The notes under the pieces are model-generated. The model did not search any database, had not been told where the DNA came from, and saw nothing but the letters and a program-made list of their open reading frames with translations. Made by a program: the position numbers and the translations under genes. Positions 54,252 through 64,000 of a stretch of DNA of 64,000 nt are shown one piece after another (the stretch's first letter is position 1; each line of letters opens with the position of its first letter). This DNA comes from a virus, in the IMG/VR virus record IMGVR_UViG_3300035018_000013, positions 18,054 through 82,053 of that record; one strand, written 5' to 3'.

Positions 54252-56180
54252 TCAAGCTCTAGAACCAAAAGCAAAATTAGGCTCCTCGACATACCCCGCT
54301 GCCAGCACTGCCATTTCTGCAAAGTTATCGGCATGGAATAAGTGATCAGGCGCTCCGGGAACTTGCACCCACTGTCCATCCATCCGACGATCGCTTGTCA
54401 AATAGTGATAAATCAGATTGAGATCATCACCTGGATCATAGGTTGAGCCACTGGGCAATCCCTGTTGTCCTCGGTAAATCCGAGTGCGTACAGAATCCAA
54501 TCCAAACGATCGGTGCAGGGCATAAACAGGCACCTTTTCACCCTGCACATCCCGTTCTGATATCTTAAACTTTTCGCCTTTTAGCTTGAGTTGGTCAAAC
54601 AGAAAAGTCTGTCCCAACCCTGATTCCATGTGCATATCGTGATACTTCAAATCACCGGATAAATCAATTGATAGCTTGCAGTGAGGATGCTTCCGAGCAT
54701 AGTCGGCGGCAAGCTGAATCTCTGGCTCATTATCCATCCCGATTAAGTTCACCTGATGTTCCCGCAAAAAGTCTTCACTAGGGAACCCGTGAATTTGCCC
54801 CGTCCAGATGACCTCCTTAAAAGCCTCTAGCCATTTGCGCTCCCAATCTCCTTCACGTCCTAAGTACCACTTCTGAATCTGCACCCAGTTTGCCGCCTTG
54901 CCCTGGTCTAATCCCAACACAATTAAGTCATGGGGGCGATCGCCCGGTGCCGTTCTCCCCACACAGTCCATTAATTTCTTGAGGCTAATCTTACCCCCTC
55001 CCAGTGACACAGTTTTGCCCAAGCCTTGCTGTAATTGGTCAGCCGGATCAGAGGTGTAAACGAGTTTGTAAATTCGTTCTGAAGGTCGAAATAAAGACGA
55101 AGCTAATCGGGGCAAATCGATCGCCACGGGCTTAATGACTGGCGTTTTATTCTGAGTAATCTCACGACAAAAATCAGTTAATGTTTTATTCCCAGATTCA
55201 AAAATACCTGCCTTAATTGCCTCCCAGGTTAGTTCCTGTTCGCAGTGCCTACAGCCGATATATGCCGTATCAATCATCGACTGGCGATCGCTCTCGTCAT
55301 GGCAAAACCATTCATAGGGTCTGCCCGTCATGTCTACAAATCTTTCCTCCTCCCCTTCGCCTTCACTCTCCACCATGACAGGCTTTAAGAAGTTTCCAAA
55401 AGCATCCAAGTTTTGTCTTGTGCCGCAGTGAGGACAAGTCACAAACCATTGAAACATCATGCCAGATTGCTTAATTTGGCTGTCCACAATGCCGCCCTCA
55501 ACTCCTGGCGTAGAACCTGCTCTAAATGGTTTAGTGGGCATGGTGCAAGCGGATTGGCGTTCTGTCGCAATATCGATCGCCCCTTCAGCCCATAGCTCAA
55601 TTTCATCAGCCAGAACCACGAACGCTGTGAAAGAAGACATTTTAGGAGATGCCCGCCGCTGCTCCTTATTGGCGGCTGGTAAATGTGCAGAAAAAAAGGT
55701 TAGCTCAATGCCGCCTACTGTAATTTTTTCCTGTTTATCTACATCTTTCCGGCGCGTGATATTCCAACGTGCCAGTCTGCGTTTTTTAATGGGGTCAATG
55801 TGGTCAAAACTGGGCTGTATTCTTGGGGCAACGGTGCCCCGCAGCTTGCCTTCCTGCTCAAATCCCATAGCGGCAGGGATGCAGATTTCACAAACCAGGA
55901 ACGAGGCGATCGCAATCAATGATTCGGTAAACCCAACCTGCGAAGGCTTCGTCACAATTAAGCGCTCAATCCATGGACACGCCAGAATTGTGTAGTATTG
56001 CTCCATGAAAGGCTCGTCCCATCTCAAGCGATCGCCCCCACTCATGCGGTAATGTTTTTTAATCCAGGCGATCGGGTAAGCGCTGCCCTCTGAGTACCAC
56101 CGAGCCACGCCCTTTTTTCGAGCATCAATTAAGGCTTTGCTGAATAGCTCCATCTGGCTAGAGTTTTCAGCGATCGTCAT
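54252..56180 (-). CDS. terL: Terminase large subunit (lambda gpA-like)
   Basis: VTKPSQVGFTES; VLADEIE; GSTP; VTCPHCG; LGLDQG; DHLFHADNF; start at ATG 56180 overlaps terS by 14 nt. Confidence 0.9.
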   Translation of the reverse strand: MTIAENSSQMELFSKALIDARKKGVARWYSEGSAYPIAWIKKHYRMSGGDRLRWDEPFMEQYYTILACPWIERLIVTKPSQVGFTESLIAIASFLVCEICIPAAMGFEQEGKLRGTVAPRIQPSFDHIDPIKKRRLARWNITRRKDVDKQEKITVGGIELTFFSAHLPAANKEQRRASPKMSSFTAFVVLADEIELWAEGAIDIATERQSACTMPTKPFRAGSTPGVEGGIVDSQIKQSGMMFQWFVTCPHCGTRQNLDAFGNFLKPVMVESEGEGEEERFVDMTGRPYEWFCHDESDRQSMIDTAYIGCRHCEQELTWEAIKAGIFESGNKTLTDFCREITQNKTPVIKPVAIDLPRLASSLFRPSERIYKLVYTSDPADQLQQGLGKTVSLGGGKISLKKLMDCVGRTAPGDRPHDLIVLGLDQGKAANWVQIQKWYLGREGDWERKWLEAFKEVIWTGQIHGFPSEDFLREHQVNLIGMDNEPEIQLAADYARKHPHCKLSIDLSGDLKYHDMHMESGLGQTFLFDQLKLKGEKFKISERDVQGEKVPVYALHRSFGLDSVRTRIYRGQQGLPSGSTYDPGDDLNLIYHYLTSDRRMDGQWVQVPGAPDHLFHADNFAEMAVLAAGYVEEPNFAFGSRA

Positions 56181-56817
56181 CCGGCTCTGCGTAGTCGGAC
56201 TCAAACCCCAAGGCGTTCTCAATTGCATTCGGCGGCTCCACTTTAAATCCTGCTTTTTGTAATAGTGTGGCGGCTGTGTTGAGGTTGCCGACCGCAGCTT
56301 CGCCGAGTTTGTCCCCGATCGCCAGAAACTTGGCAGCATTTAAAAACTGTTTCCAGTCGGCAGCCTTGATATTCGTGACCAATAATCCGTTCTCTTCATT
56401 GCGAGTTGTCGTCTGATTCACGATGGGCATTTTCAGCATGGTTTCAGCCTTTGCCCGAATTGCCTCATAGTGATTCCAGCGATTAGATCGCAGAACCTGC
56501 ATCTTAATATCCCACTCTCGATCTTCATCCTGTTGCTTCTCTAAATCCCATGCCTGAACCCGTTCTTCCCACTGCCAGCGATCGATATGAGCAAACCAGC
56601 TACCCGGTATCCTTGCTTCTGGTTTAAAGCACTTTTTGATGCTTTCTGATGCCTTATCCTTGAGAGCCATCTCGTTCAAATACACCGATCGCTTCGATCG
56701 CTTGCCCACCTGATTCCGATAAGCACAAAACCTTCTGAACCAGTCAGTAGGCTCATTGGGCTGCCGCTCCCAAATGGGTTCGACTAACTCTGCACTAAGG
56801 TTTACAGGCTTTTTCAC
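56167..56817 (-). CDS. Terminase small subunit
   Basis: Directly upstream of terL; WERQPNEP...FCAYRN...WQWEERVQAWD. Confidence 0.65.
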   Translation of the reverse strand: MKKPVNLSAELVEPIWERQPNEPTDWFRRFCAYRNQVGKRSKRSVYLNEMALKDKASESIKKCFKPEARIPGSWFAHIDRWQWEERVQAWDLEKQQDEDREWDIKMQVLRSNRWNHYEAIRAKAETMLKMPIVNQTTTRNEENGLLVTNIKAADWKQFLNAAKFLAIGDKLGEAAVGNLNTAATLLQKAGFKVEPPNAIENALGFESDYAEPDDDR

Positions 56818-56849
56818 GGAATTTTATCAGCTTCAGAATCAACCAACTT

Positions 56850-59800
56850 TTATCGCGCCTTTTCCAGGGTTGCCCTCAGAATATCCACGACTTGACGCTC
56901 TAGCAGGGGAGCAATTTTATCCATGAACTCGGACACGATCGCCATAGAATCTTGATTAGAGCGATCGCCCCCCTGCCCAATTACAATGTCCCCAAAATTG
57001 AGTTGTAAAGAGATAGGGGGAAGAGAACTATTGCCGCGATCGCCCACGGGAACCGGGACGGGTAGGGGAATAGGAATGGGTGGAAGTTGGGGGATGAGCT
57101 GCATTAAAGAGGTCGCGCCGCCGTTCATGCCCTCTAGAATCGGTCTGAATATTTGGGAGGCGATCGGGTTGAGAATGAATTCTCCAGGAGTAACTAATGC
57201 ATTTTGACTATCTGTACCTCCAGAGCCTTGAACTAATCCACCCTTAGCAAAGCGCTGGACGGGCGTTTGATTTTGCTGGGGCTGAGGCTGAACGCCTGAG
57301 ATTGCGGTGAAGATGGAGCCGAGAATTGGGATACCTGCGATCGCTTGCCCGATACCTTGAATGAAGGATTGAATCGCTCTAAAGGGTGCAGAAATCGCGT
57401 TAGCGACTAATCCTGGTAGGTTAATAAAGAATGAGGCAATGCCTTGGATTAACCCCACGAAGGTCAGAACGGGCTGGATTAATGCTGAGTAGAATGCGGT
57501 GCCGATCGCCTGAAAGATGCCAACGAATACGCCCAAAATGCGGACGGGAATCATCAGAACTGAAACCAGAATACCGACGATGCGAACGATACCTGCGATC
57601 GCCAGTCCCACAACTCGGATGCCCGTCGAGATCACAGAGAAGATGATTCGGATGGGCAAGAATGCCAACTCAAGCGCGGCTTTTATGACGTTTAATGTGC
57701 TAGCGCTCTGATTTGTATTCTGATTGAACATCGAGAAGAACCCTTGCACAGCTTGGATCATGGGCTGTAGGGGTGTAATAAAAGCATTAAATAAATCTCC
57801 GAATGCTCCCCCAATGTCGTTAAACGCTGCACCGATCGCCTGAATCGGTTGCATGAGAATAGAACCAATAATGCTGGCGATCGCGCCTACGGTTCCAGAG
57901 ATGATTGACCAGATACCGCCCAGAACTGAAGTGATGAAACCAAACGCGCCATTAATAACCTGCCGAATGCCCATAAAGTTAGTTTGATAGGCAACGAAGA
58001 CCAGGGATGCAGCCGCCAGGAATGCTAGGACAAATGGCAGCATCGGACCTGTTACCGCCAACCACATGGAAGATGCGGCGGTAGCGACTCCAGCGAAGGA
58101 CGTTCCGACGATACCGGAAACGGTTGTACTAACTGCTCCCCAAATCGCACTAAAGACACTTAAGCCACCAAAGATGGCGGACAGATTTAATCCCATGCCA
58201 GAGGCGATCGCAGTGACGGAGGCAAACCCGCTTGAAACAATACCGCTTGCTGTCGAGGTGATTAACGCCCAAATACCAGATATACCGCCTGCGGTCGTAT
58301 AGGTTGCAACTAGCCCCGCCCACATTGAGGACGCGGTTGCAGTAACGCTTGCGAAACTAGCTGAGACGAAACCAGAGACGGAAGAGGTAACGCCGCCCCA
58401 GGTCAGGGTGCCTAGATTCAATGATGCAAATGAACTGATCATTAGCGGCATTGTGGCAATTAAGCCCATAACGCCTGATGCTAGAGTTGCGAATCCATTA
58501 ATCGGCGCGGCTAAACCAGGGGCGATCGTGCTGAGAACCGCCGCCAGTGAACCCGCCGCATCCGTAGCAGTAGAAAGGCTTTGGGTCGCTTTTTGTCCAG
58601 TTGTGACAGCAAGCGCGGGCGCGTCGTTATTCGTTTTAATAGCTTGGGAAATACCCGATTGAGGACGAACAGGGGGGCGCTCCTGCGTTGCGATCGGGAT
58701 AGGATTAGCGATCGGGGTGGCAATATTTTGGACGGGATTTGAGCGCGAGTTGAATAGGCTTGAAGGCTGACCGATAAAGCGTTGCAAGCGGTTGGGCGTT
58801 GCCTGCGGTTGGGTGTTTGTATTTTGAGAATCAATTAATCTTTTAGTTTGAATCGAGGCAATTGATTGGGCTTGCTCTGGGATAGAAAGGGGTTGAGGCA
58901 AATTAATAGCTTGAGAAATACCCGCCGCTGATTTAACGCTGGTTTGATTTGCCGCAGCGGGGGCGTTCTTAAGCTTTTGATCGAAATTGACCAGCTCTTG
59001 AGCTTCTGGAATCGTGGCGGTTTTGCCCCGAGCTTTCATCCCGACCGCTTGAGCTAGTTTACCGATTGGGGAACTGGCGATCGCAGCTCCAACACCTTTA
59101 ACCTTGGCTTCAATCTGAGCAATGATGCCGATGAACTTTTCCAGCATTGCTCTGGGAGAACTGAAGGCAGAACCGATGACGACCCCGAAGCCTGAGAAGA
59201 TTTGCTTCAAGCCTTGCAGTAATCCACTCACCATCTGAACGGAGCCGCCCAGTGTCGTACTGATTGTGCTGGCGATCGCTTTGACTACCTGACCCGCGCC
59301 GCCGAATACCTGCTTAAATCCAGTGCCGATTCTGCTCAGGTTGCCTGTGAAGACTCCAGCAATAATATTGCCGATACCTTTCAGAATATTAATTAATCCT
59401 GAGAGGGCTTGAGTGATGCCAGAAATTAACCCTCGGATAATTTGAGCGACGGCGGTGAAAATTGTCTTTAATCCTAGGAAATTTCTAGAGACTAGGAAGA
59501 CAGCCAGCCCCACGCCTGCAAGCGCTAAGCCAACCGGGGCAAGTGCAATCAAGCTAGAGAAGCCGAAGGATGCAGCCGCTAGAGTGAGATGATTAAACGC
59601 TTTTCCAACGGTTTGACCCGCGATCGCTGCCATTCCTGACATTGCAGTTGAGAGAAGTTTTCCAGCCCCAACCCCGTGATCAACTAACCCGCCCAGGAAC
59701 CCGCCGATCGCCCCGACCGCCTTTTGCCAAGCGATCGGAATCTTGATGGTAGGCGAATGATTTAGAGCATTAATTAATCCTTGCCCTGCGTTCTCTCCAC

Positions 59801-62800
59801 CTTGAACTAACCCGCCCAACATTCCACCAAACCAACCGGAAAACCCTTGCCATGCACCGCTAATAGTAGAAACTGCTAACTGCAATGCTCCGGTCACGAC
59901 CCGCGCCATATCTGCCAGAACTCGGAAGGGATTGAGCAGGTAGGAGATTAATTGACCGAGGGCGATGAATGCTGAGCCGACCGCTTGCACGATCGAGCGG
60001 ATGCCTAGGAAGTTATTCTTGAACCCAAAATAGAGCAGAGCAACGCCGCCAGCGATCGCCGCAATGATAGGCAGGAATGGCAGCACGACTGGGATGATGG
60101 CTGAGAAGGAAGCGATCGCCGTTGTTGCAAACCCACTCATGACCGGAATTAAGGCGCTAATCGTAGTTATTGCGGTTGAGCCAAAGCCAGCAATGATAGG
60201 GGCGATCGAACTGAAACTCTTGCCAATCATGGGAATAAATGACTTTGCAGTTGTCCCAAGCCCCTTAATTCCGGGGGCTAAACCTGTAAAGAATTTCTTG
60301 GCTTCTGGCAGAGAATCAGCGAGGGTGCTGGCGGTATCAGTCAGGTCAGAGAGCATGAATAATGGTGTCGCAAGCTGCGGTGCAAAGTTGCTCAAGCTCA
60401 TGCCGATCGAGCTGCTGGTGCTACCCAGCGCGGCGGCTCCTTTACCTTTTGCTGCCGTCCTGAGATGTTGCCCGATCGCTCCCATTTTTGTCTTTGAGCT
60501 TTGCGCGGCGTGATTCATTCCGGCGGTAATGCGATCGCCAATCTGATGCCCCGTAACTCCGGCGGATTGCCTAATCCCGTCCATTTCGGCGCGAATCTTA
60601 TCCCCGGTCATTGCCCATTTCATTCTGATCTGAAAGGTCGGGCCCGGTGAAGCCTCGGCTAAATTCGATTGTAAATCGCGTCCCGCCTGCTTGCTCTTGC
60701 CCTTGAGGAATCCAAACACGCTGCTAAGTTTGTCCCCAACGCCTTCCCACAGTGCTTTAATTTTGTCCACTACGGCGGCAAAAGTGGTGGGGATGGTATG
60801 AACAAAGCTCATGAAGCTTTCCAGAATTGGCACTTGGTTAAGACTGGTTAGCCCTGTCCAAACTTCTTTAATTTTCTGAACGCCAGTGGTAAAAATTGTC
60901 CCAATTTGGTGAACAGATTGCCCAACTTTGGCAATAATTTCCCCAACTTTGGCAGGCAAAATTTCCAATGTTGCCAAATTTATAGTGGGCAATTTGAACG
61001 CTAAACCGTGCCAAATGTCTTGTGCCTTCTGGATTCCAGCGCTGAAAATGTTTTCAAATTGGGCAATGACTTGACCAATTTTGGCAGGCAAATTTGCTAA
61101 ATGTGCCAAATTTACATCAGGCAATTTTAGGGTTAAGCCTGACCAAAATTGTTGAATTTGGGCAAGGGCGCTATGAACGCGATCGCCCACTGCATTAAAA
61201 ATTGCGCCTGCCGATTGGGGTAGCACTGACCAGGCGCTTTCAATGCCAGAAGTGATGAGGCTGGCTGTTTTACCAATGCCCTTAAACGTGTTTGTGATTA
61301 AGGAGAATACTTGCTCAATCCCTTGCCCCACGCCACGAGCAATCCGCAATAAGCCCTCAAACGTCTGTCCAATTCCTGAACCAATGCGGGTAAATGCTGC
61401 CTTTATTTGTTGACCGCCTGACTCGAATGCCGTAACAACTGTGGTAAATCCTGCTCTAATCTTGAAGAAATCGCCCGTCAGAGCTGCGGGGATACCGCCC
61501 AGGATTTGAGTTAGACCTTTGGCTAGTTCGTAGGTAGTCTTAATCAGGGCGGCAACCGATTCGACCGCGCCACGCACGATATTAAACAAGCCACTGGCGG
61601 TTTTAATTAAGCCCTGAATAATTGTTCTGATGCCCAGGAAGTTAGAGGCGATCGCCAGTACTCCCAAGGCAATCCCCGCCACAATTAGAATGATGGGGCT
61701 GAGCGAAGTGAGGGAGGCTAGACCGAAGGCAAAAGCGGAGAATGTGGCAGCGTTAAACTGTCCCACTGCCCCACCGATCGCCTCTCTTAATCGTTCTACC
61801 GGGGCAATCTGCAAGGCTTGAGCAATCGTCCTGGTGAGCTGTCCCCAAGATTGAGCGATCGCGGTGCCAGATTGGGCACCTAGAGTAGCAATCTTAGTCG
61901 CTGCGCCTGCAAACCAGTTAGAAAATGCCGTCCATTGCGATCGCGCTGGGGCCGTATCTTGAGTAATTGTCTGGGTGATTGTCTGATTCGCTAACTCAGG
62001 AATCAATTGATTCTTTAATTTTGATTCGTTACTAATAGCGGTTGAGATTGGCTGAGGTGGAATGGATTGGGCAGGCGATTGGGCAGGCGATTGGGCGGCG
62101 GCTTGGACGGGGTTTTGAGGCAGGGTGGGAGCGGGTTGAGATTGGGTTTGGATCGGTTGAGCTTGGGCGGGGCTACTGGGCAGGACGGGCTTTGAAACTG
62201 GGGTGGCAACCAGTTGAGATTGGGGTTGAACAGGATTAGAACGGCTAGAGGGAGCAGACTGGATTTGATTAATGGCATTGGATTTCTGAGCCTCAAATAC
62301 GGCTTGATTAACTAGAGGTTGCTCGATCGGGGACTGTTTAACAACAGGCGGCTTAACGGGTTGAAGGACGGATTCGGCGACGTTAGACGGAGGGAGTGAG
62401 GCGGGTTCTACCTTTGGCTTCCGCCCAAAAATATTGCTGACTTTATCGCCCAGTTCAGAGAGTTGAGTAAAGGGGGATAGCAACATCTCTCGGACGGCTG
62501 TACCTGCTCCGGCGATCGCAGTGATCATGAATTTTAGACCGGAGGAAATGAGGGTAATCACCCGCTCAATCACCCGGAATGGCATCAGGAGGGTGAAGCC
62601 AAGGACGCTGGCAATCCCTTCTACTAGGGTTCTCACTCCTAGAAAATTACTGCGGAAAGCATAGGTGAGGAGGGCGATCGCGCCTACCGCTAGAGCTACG
62701 CCTGCAATGAAGGGAAGCAACGGAGCGATAACGGTAGTCCAGGCGGCGCTGGCGGCGGTTGCAACCATGGGAAAGACGGTTGAAGCCATCAGGCTTAATT

Positions 62801-64000
62801 TAGGGATGAGCTGCCCAGATAAGCCCTGCAAGCTAGAGAGCATGGATAGACCCGCACCTTTTAGAGGGGCAATTCCTTTCTTTGCCGCATCTCCCAAGCC
62901 TGCTAATTTAGGGGTAAACTCAGTAAACATTTTTTTGGCAGCGGGAATTGATTCTGAGAGAGAATCAAAGCTGCTGACTAAATCTCCAGCGATAAAGAGG
63001 GGGGCGGCAAGCTGGGGGGAGAAATTGCTTACCACGGAGCCGAGGGAAGAGAAGCCGCCGCCCACCTTATTGAGGCGATCGCGCAAAACATCCCCGAATT
63101 TGACCTTGCTTAAACTGCTGCTAATTTTGCCGCCTGTCGATTGAGCATGAGCCGATAAATACTCCATTTGCCCAGTCAGGGCGATCGCCAGCGCCTTCCA
63201 TTTTTGGCGAATTTGAAAAGTCGGACCCGGAGAATTTTCGGCAAGATTTGAGACTAATTCCTTGCCTGTCTTTTTGCTCTTACCTGTAATCCGATCCATA
63301 AACCCGCCCACCGAGCTAGTTAGACCGCTCCAGATAGCTTGGACGCGCTCGACGGCGGCGGTAAATAGCGCCGGAATCGTGTGAATGAAAGCCTTAAACT
63401 CATTCAGGACAGGAACTTGATCGAGGCGCTGAGTGAAGCTGAGCCAGCCGTGGGATACCTTTTCTAGGGTGGCTGTCACTAACCCCGGTAACTGCTCAAA
63501 GACGGCGGTTTTCAGGTGGATGGAATGAGAGTTAAGGCGATCGGTAAAGCTCCGCATCGTATCACCCGCTCGACTGGTGATGGCTGTAATGATGCTGGGT
63601 AGACGGGAGAGCTTAGCCAGATTTAACGAGATTGGGACAGCGCCGAGATGATTAGTAAAAAGATTAATTGATTCTTTTGCTCTAGCGGTAATCCCGGTGA
63701 GGATATTAGGCAGTTGGGAAATTCTAGAGAGATTTAAGACAACTGGGAGAGAAGCGATCGCCCGGATGCCGCCCGTGATCACAGACTTTGCTCGCTCAAA
63801 TAATTGATTGATTCTAGAAAATGATTGCCGCAGGGATTCTAGATTAAGGTGAAGTTTTGCGCCTGAGAATAGCTTACCAACAGCCTGTAGGACAGATGAG
63901 GCGATCGCGCCCACCCCTTTGAACGTTGAGGTTGAGACGGTTCTCACGAGGTTAAACGCCGATCGCGCTCCATCGCCTATCCGCCCAAAATCACCCCGCA
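56850..64000 (-). CDS. Tape measure protein, more than 2380 aa, 5' end outside the window
   Basis: Frame has no stop from 63947 to 64000; amphipathic A/G/I-rich repeats; C-terminal RFAKGGLVQGSGGTDS...TPGEFILN. Confidence 0.85.
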   Translation of the reverse strand, partial: RGDFGRIGDGARSAFNLVRTVSTSTFKGVGAIASSVLQAVGKLFSGAKLHLNLESLRQSFSRINQLFERAKSVITGGIRAIASLPVVLNLSRISQLPNILTGITARAKESINLFTNHLGAVPISLNLAKLSRLPSIITAITSRAGDTMRSFTDRLNSHSIHLKTAVFEQLPGLVTATLEKVSHGWLSFTQRLDQVPVLNEFKAFIHTIPALFTAAVERVQAIWSGLTSSVGGFMDRITGKSKKTGKELVSNLAENSPGPTFQIRQKWKALAIALTGQMEYLSAHAQSTGGKISSSLSKVKFGDVLRDRLNKVGGGFSSLGSVVSNFSPQLAAPLFIAGDLVSSFDSLSESIPAAKKMFTEFTPKLAGLGDAAKKGIAPLKGAGLSMLSSLQGLSGQLIPKLSLMASTVFPMVATAASAAWTTVIAPLLPFIAGVALAVGAIALLTYAFRSNFLGVRTLVEGIASVLGFTLLMPFRVIERVITLISSGLKFMITAIAGAGTAVREMLLSPFTQLSELGDKVSNIFGRKPKVEPASLPPSNVAESVLQPVKPPVVKQSPIEQPLVNQAVFEAQKSNAINQIQSAPSSRSNPVQPQSQLVATPVSKPVLPSSPAQAQPIQTQSQPAPTLPQNPVQAAAQSPAQSPAQSIPPQPISTAISNESKLKNQLIPELANQTITQTITQDTAPARSQWTAFSNWFAGAATKIATLGAQSGTAIAQSWGQLTRTIAQALQIAPVERLREAIGGAVGQFNAATFSAFAFGLASLTSLSPIILIVAGIALGVLAIASNFLGIRTIIQGLIKTASGLFNIVRGAVESVAALIKTTYELAKGLTQILGGIPAALTGDFFKIRAGFTTVVTAFESGGQQIKAAFTRIGSGIGQTFEGLLRIARGVGQGIEQVFSLITNTFKGIGKTASLITSGIESAWSVLPQSAGAIFNAVGDRVHSALAQIQQFWSGLTLKLPDVNLAHLANLPAKIGQVIAQFENIFSAGIQKAQDIWHGLAFKLPTINLATLEILPAKVGEIIAKVGQSVHQIGTIFTTGVQKIKEVWTGLTSLNQVPILESFMSFVHTIPTTFAAVVDKIKALWEGVGDKLSSVFGFLKGKSKQAGRDLQSNLAEASPGPTFQIRMKWAMTGDKIRAEMDGIRQSAGVTGHQIGDRITAGMNHAAQSSKTKMGAIGQHLRTAAKGKGAAALGSTSSSIGMSLSNFAPQLATPLFMLSDLTDTASTLADSLPEAKKFFTGLAPGIKGLGTTAKSFIPMIGKSFSSIAPIIAGFGSTAITTISALIPVMSGFATTAIASFSAIIPVVLPFLPIIAAIAGGVALLYFGFKNNFLGIRSIVQAVGSAFIALGQLISYLLNPFRVLADMARVVTGALQLAVSTISGAWQGFSGWFGGMLGGLVQGGENAGQGLINALNHSPTIKIPIAWQKAVGAIGGFLGGLVDHGVGAGKLLSTAMSGMAAIAGQTVGKAFNHLTLAAASFGFSSLIALAPVGLALAGVGLAVFLVSRNFLGLKTIFTAVAQIIRGLISGITQALSGLINILKGIGNIIAGVFTGNLSRIGTGFKQVFGGAGQVVKAIASTISTTLGGSVQMVSGLLQGLKQIFSGFGVVIGSAFSSPRAMLEKFIGIIAQIEAKVKGVGAAIASSPIGKLAQAVGMKARGKTATIPEAQELVNFDQKLKNAPAAANQTSVKSAAGISQAINLPQPLSIPEQAQSIASIQTKRLIDSQNTNTQPQATPNRLQRFIGQPSSLFNSRSNPVQNIATPIANPIPIATQERPPVRPQSGISQAIKTNNDAPALAVTTGQKATQSLSTATDAAGSLAAVLSTIAPGLAAPINGFATLASGVMGLIATMPLMISSFASLNLGTLTWGGVTSSVSGFVSASFASVTATASSMWAGLVATYTTAGGISGIWALITSTASGIVSSGFASVTAIASGMGLNLSAIFGGLSVFSAIWGAVSTTVSGIVGTSFAGVATAASSMWLAVTGPMLPFVLAFLAAASLVFVAYQTNFMGIRQVINGAFGFITSVLGGIWSIISGTVGAIASIIGSILMQPIQAIGAAFNDIGGAFGDLFNAFITPLQPMIQAVQGFFSMFNQNTNQSASTLNVIKAALELAFLPIRIIFSVISTGIRVVGLAIAGIVRIVGILVSVLMIPVRILGVFVGIFQAIGTAFYSALIQPVLTFVGLIQGIASFFINLPGLVANAISAPFRAIQSFIQGIGQAIAGIPILGSIFTAISGVQPQPQQNQTPVQRFAKGGLVQGSGGTDSQNALVTPGEFILNPIASQIFRPILEGMNGGATSLMQLIPQLPPIPIPLPVPVPVGDRGNSSLPPISLQLNFGDIVIGQGGDRSNQDSMAIVSEFMDKIAPLLERQVVDILRATLEKAR
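62065..62100. repeat. 12-nt tandem repeat (three units) in the Pro/Gln-rich tape measure linker
   Basis: GATTGGGCAGGC twice plus GATTGGGCGGCG, encoding AAQS-PAQS-PAQS. Confidence 0.85.

Larger units (their letters stand above)
1..64000. mobile_element. Temperate cyanobacterial myophage (prophage or phage-plasmid); boundaries lie outside the window
   Basis: Terminase, portal, protease, capsid, sheath, tube, baseplate J, spike and tape measure all present; no host housekeeping genes, att site or integrase seen; HIP1-rich throughout. Confidence 0.9.
1..64000. repeat. HIP1 octamer GCGATCGC dispersed at high density
   Basis: 11 exact copies counted between 7068 and 9654 alone; about 1 copy per 64 kb expected by chance; seen in all modules. 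Confidence 0.97.

Noticed and set aside
54153-54341. 62-aa plus-strand ORF with CxxCxxC
   Set aside because: Runs through a hairpin and antisense into the terL end; composition not protein-like
56181-56339. N-terminal 53 aa of the ORF-track terL call
   Set aside because: Would overlap terS by 173 nt; ATG at 56180 gives normal coupling
631-63144. Numerous 60-160 aa ORFs antisense to or nested in long genes (e.g. 11752-12231, 26025-26405, 30446-30865, 55459-55995, 60064-60513, 62665-63144)
   Set aside because: Shadow frames of well-supported genes, with no motifs or ribosome-binding sites
1-64000. tRNA/rRNA genes, integrase, transposases, att sites
   Set aside because: No T-loop/cloverleaf patterns, recombinase or DDE motifs, or att-like flanks recognised by eye; a tRNAscan run would be needed to exclude tRNAs formally

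Overview
The whole window looks like part of one large temperate cyanobacterial myophage (prophage or phage-plasmid, >64 kb, both ends open, no integrase or host genes seen). Host type is inferred from dense HIP1 (GCGATCGC) sites and nblA genes. Left part (1-17 kb), early/accessory genes: FtsK/HerA-like membrane ATPase, HNH nucleases, a DNA-binding gene carrying GTTC-N1-2-GAAC repeats, a SigF-like sigma factor, Rho_N-like proteins, a tandem Phd-like regulator facing a DUF1257-DUF2997-Ycf46 AAA operon, DUF488, and a 7-deazaguanine DNA-modification cluster (queE, queD-like, parB-like, dpdA-like, dpdL-like; no queC or folE in the window). Right part (17-64 kb), mostly minus strand: a virion set in unusual order (tape measure, terS, terL, fibres/receptor-binding proteins, lysins, baseplate, portal, protease, capsid, neck, sheath, tube). 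Most notable: (1) a predicted CDG/7-deazaguanine DNA-modification pathway; (2) two divergent nblA genes, one missing from the ORF track; (3) a stand-alone, partly degenerate HD-GYP cyclic-dinucleotide phosphodiesterase translationally coupled within the head-neck genes; (4) a repeated 16-bp motif at late-gene junctions plus a phage sigma factor with an atypical region 4. All family assignments come from motif recognition by eye, not database searches.
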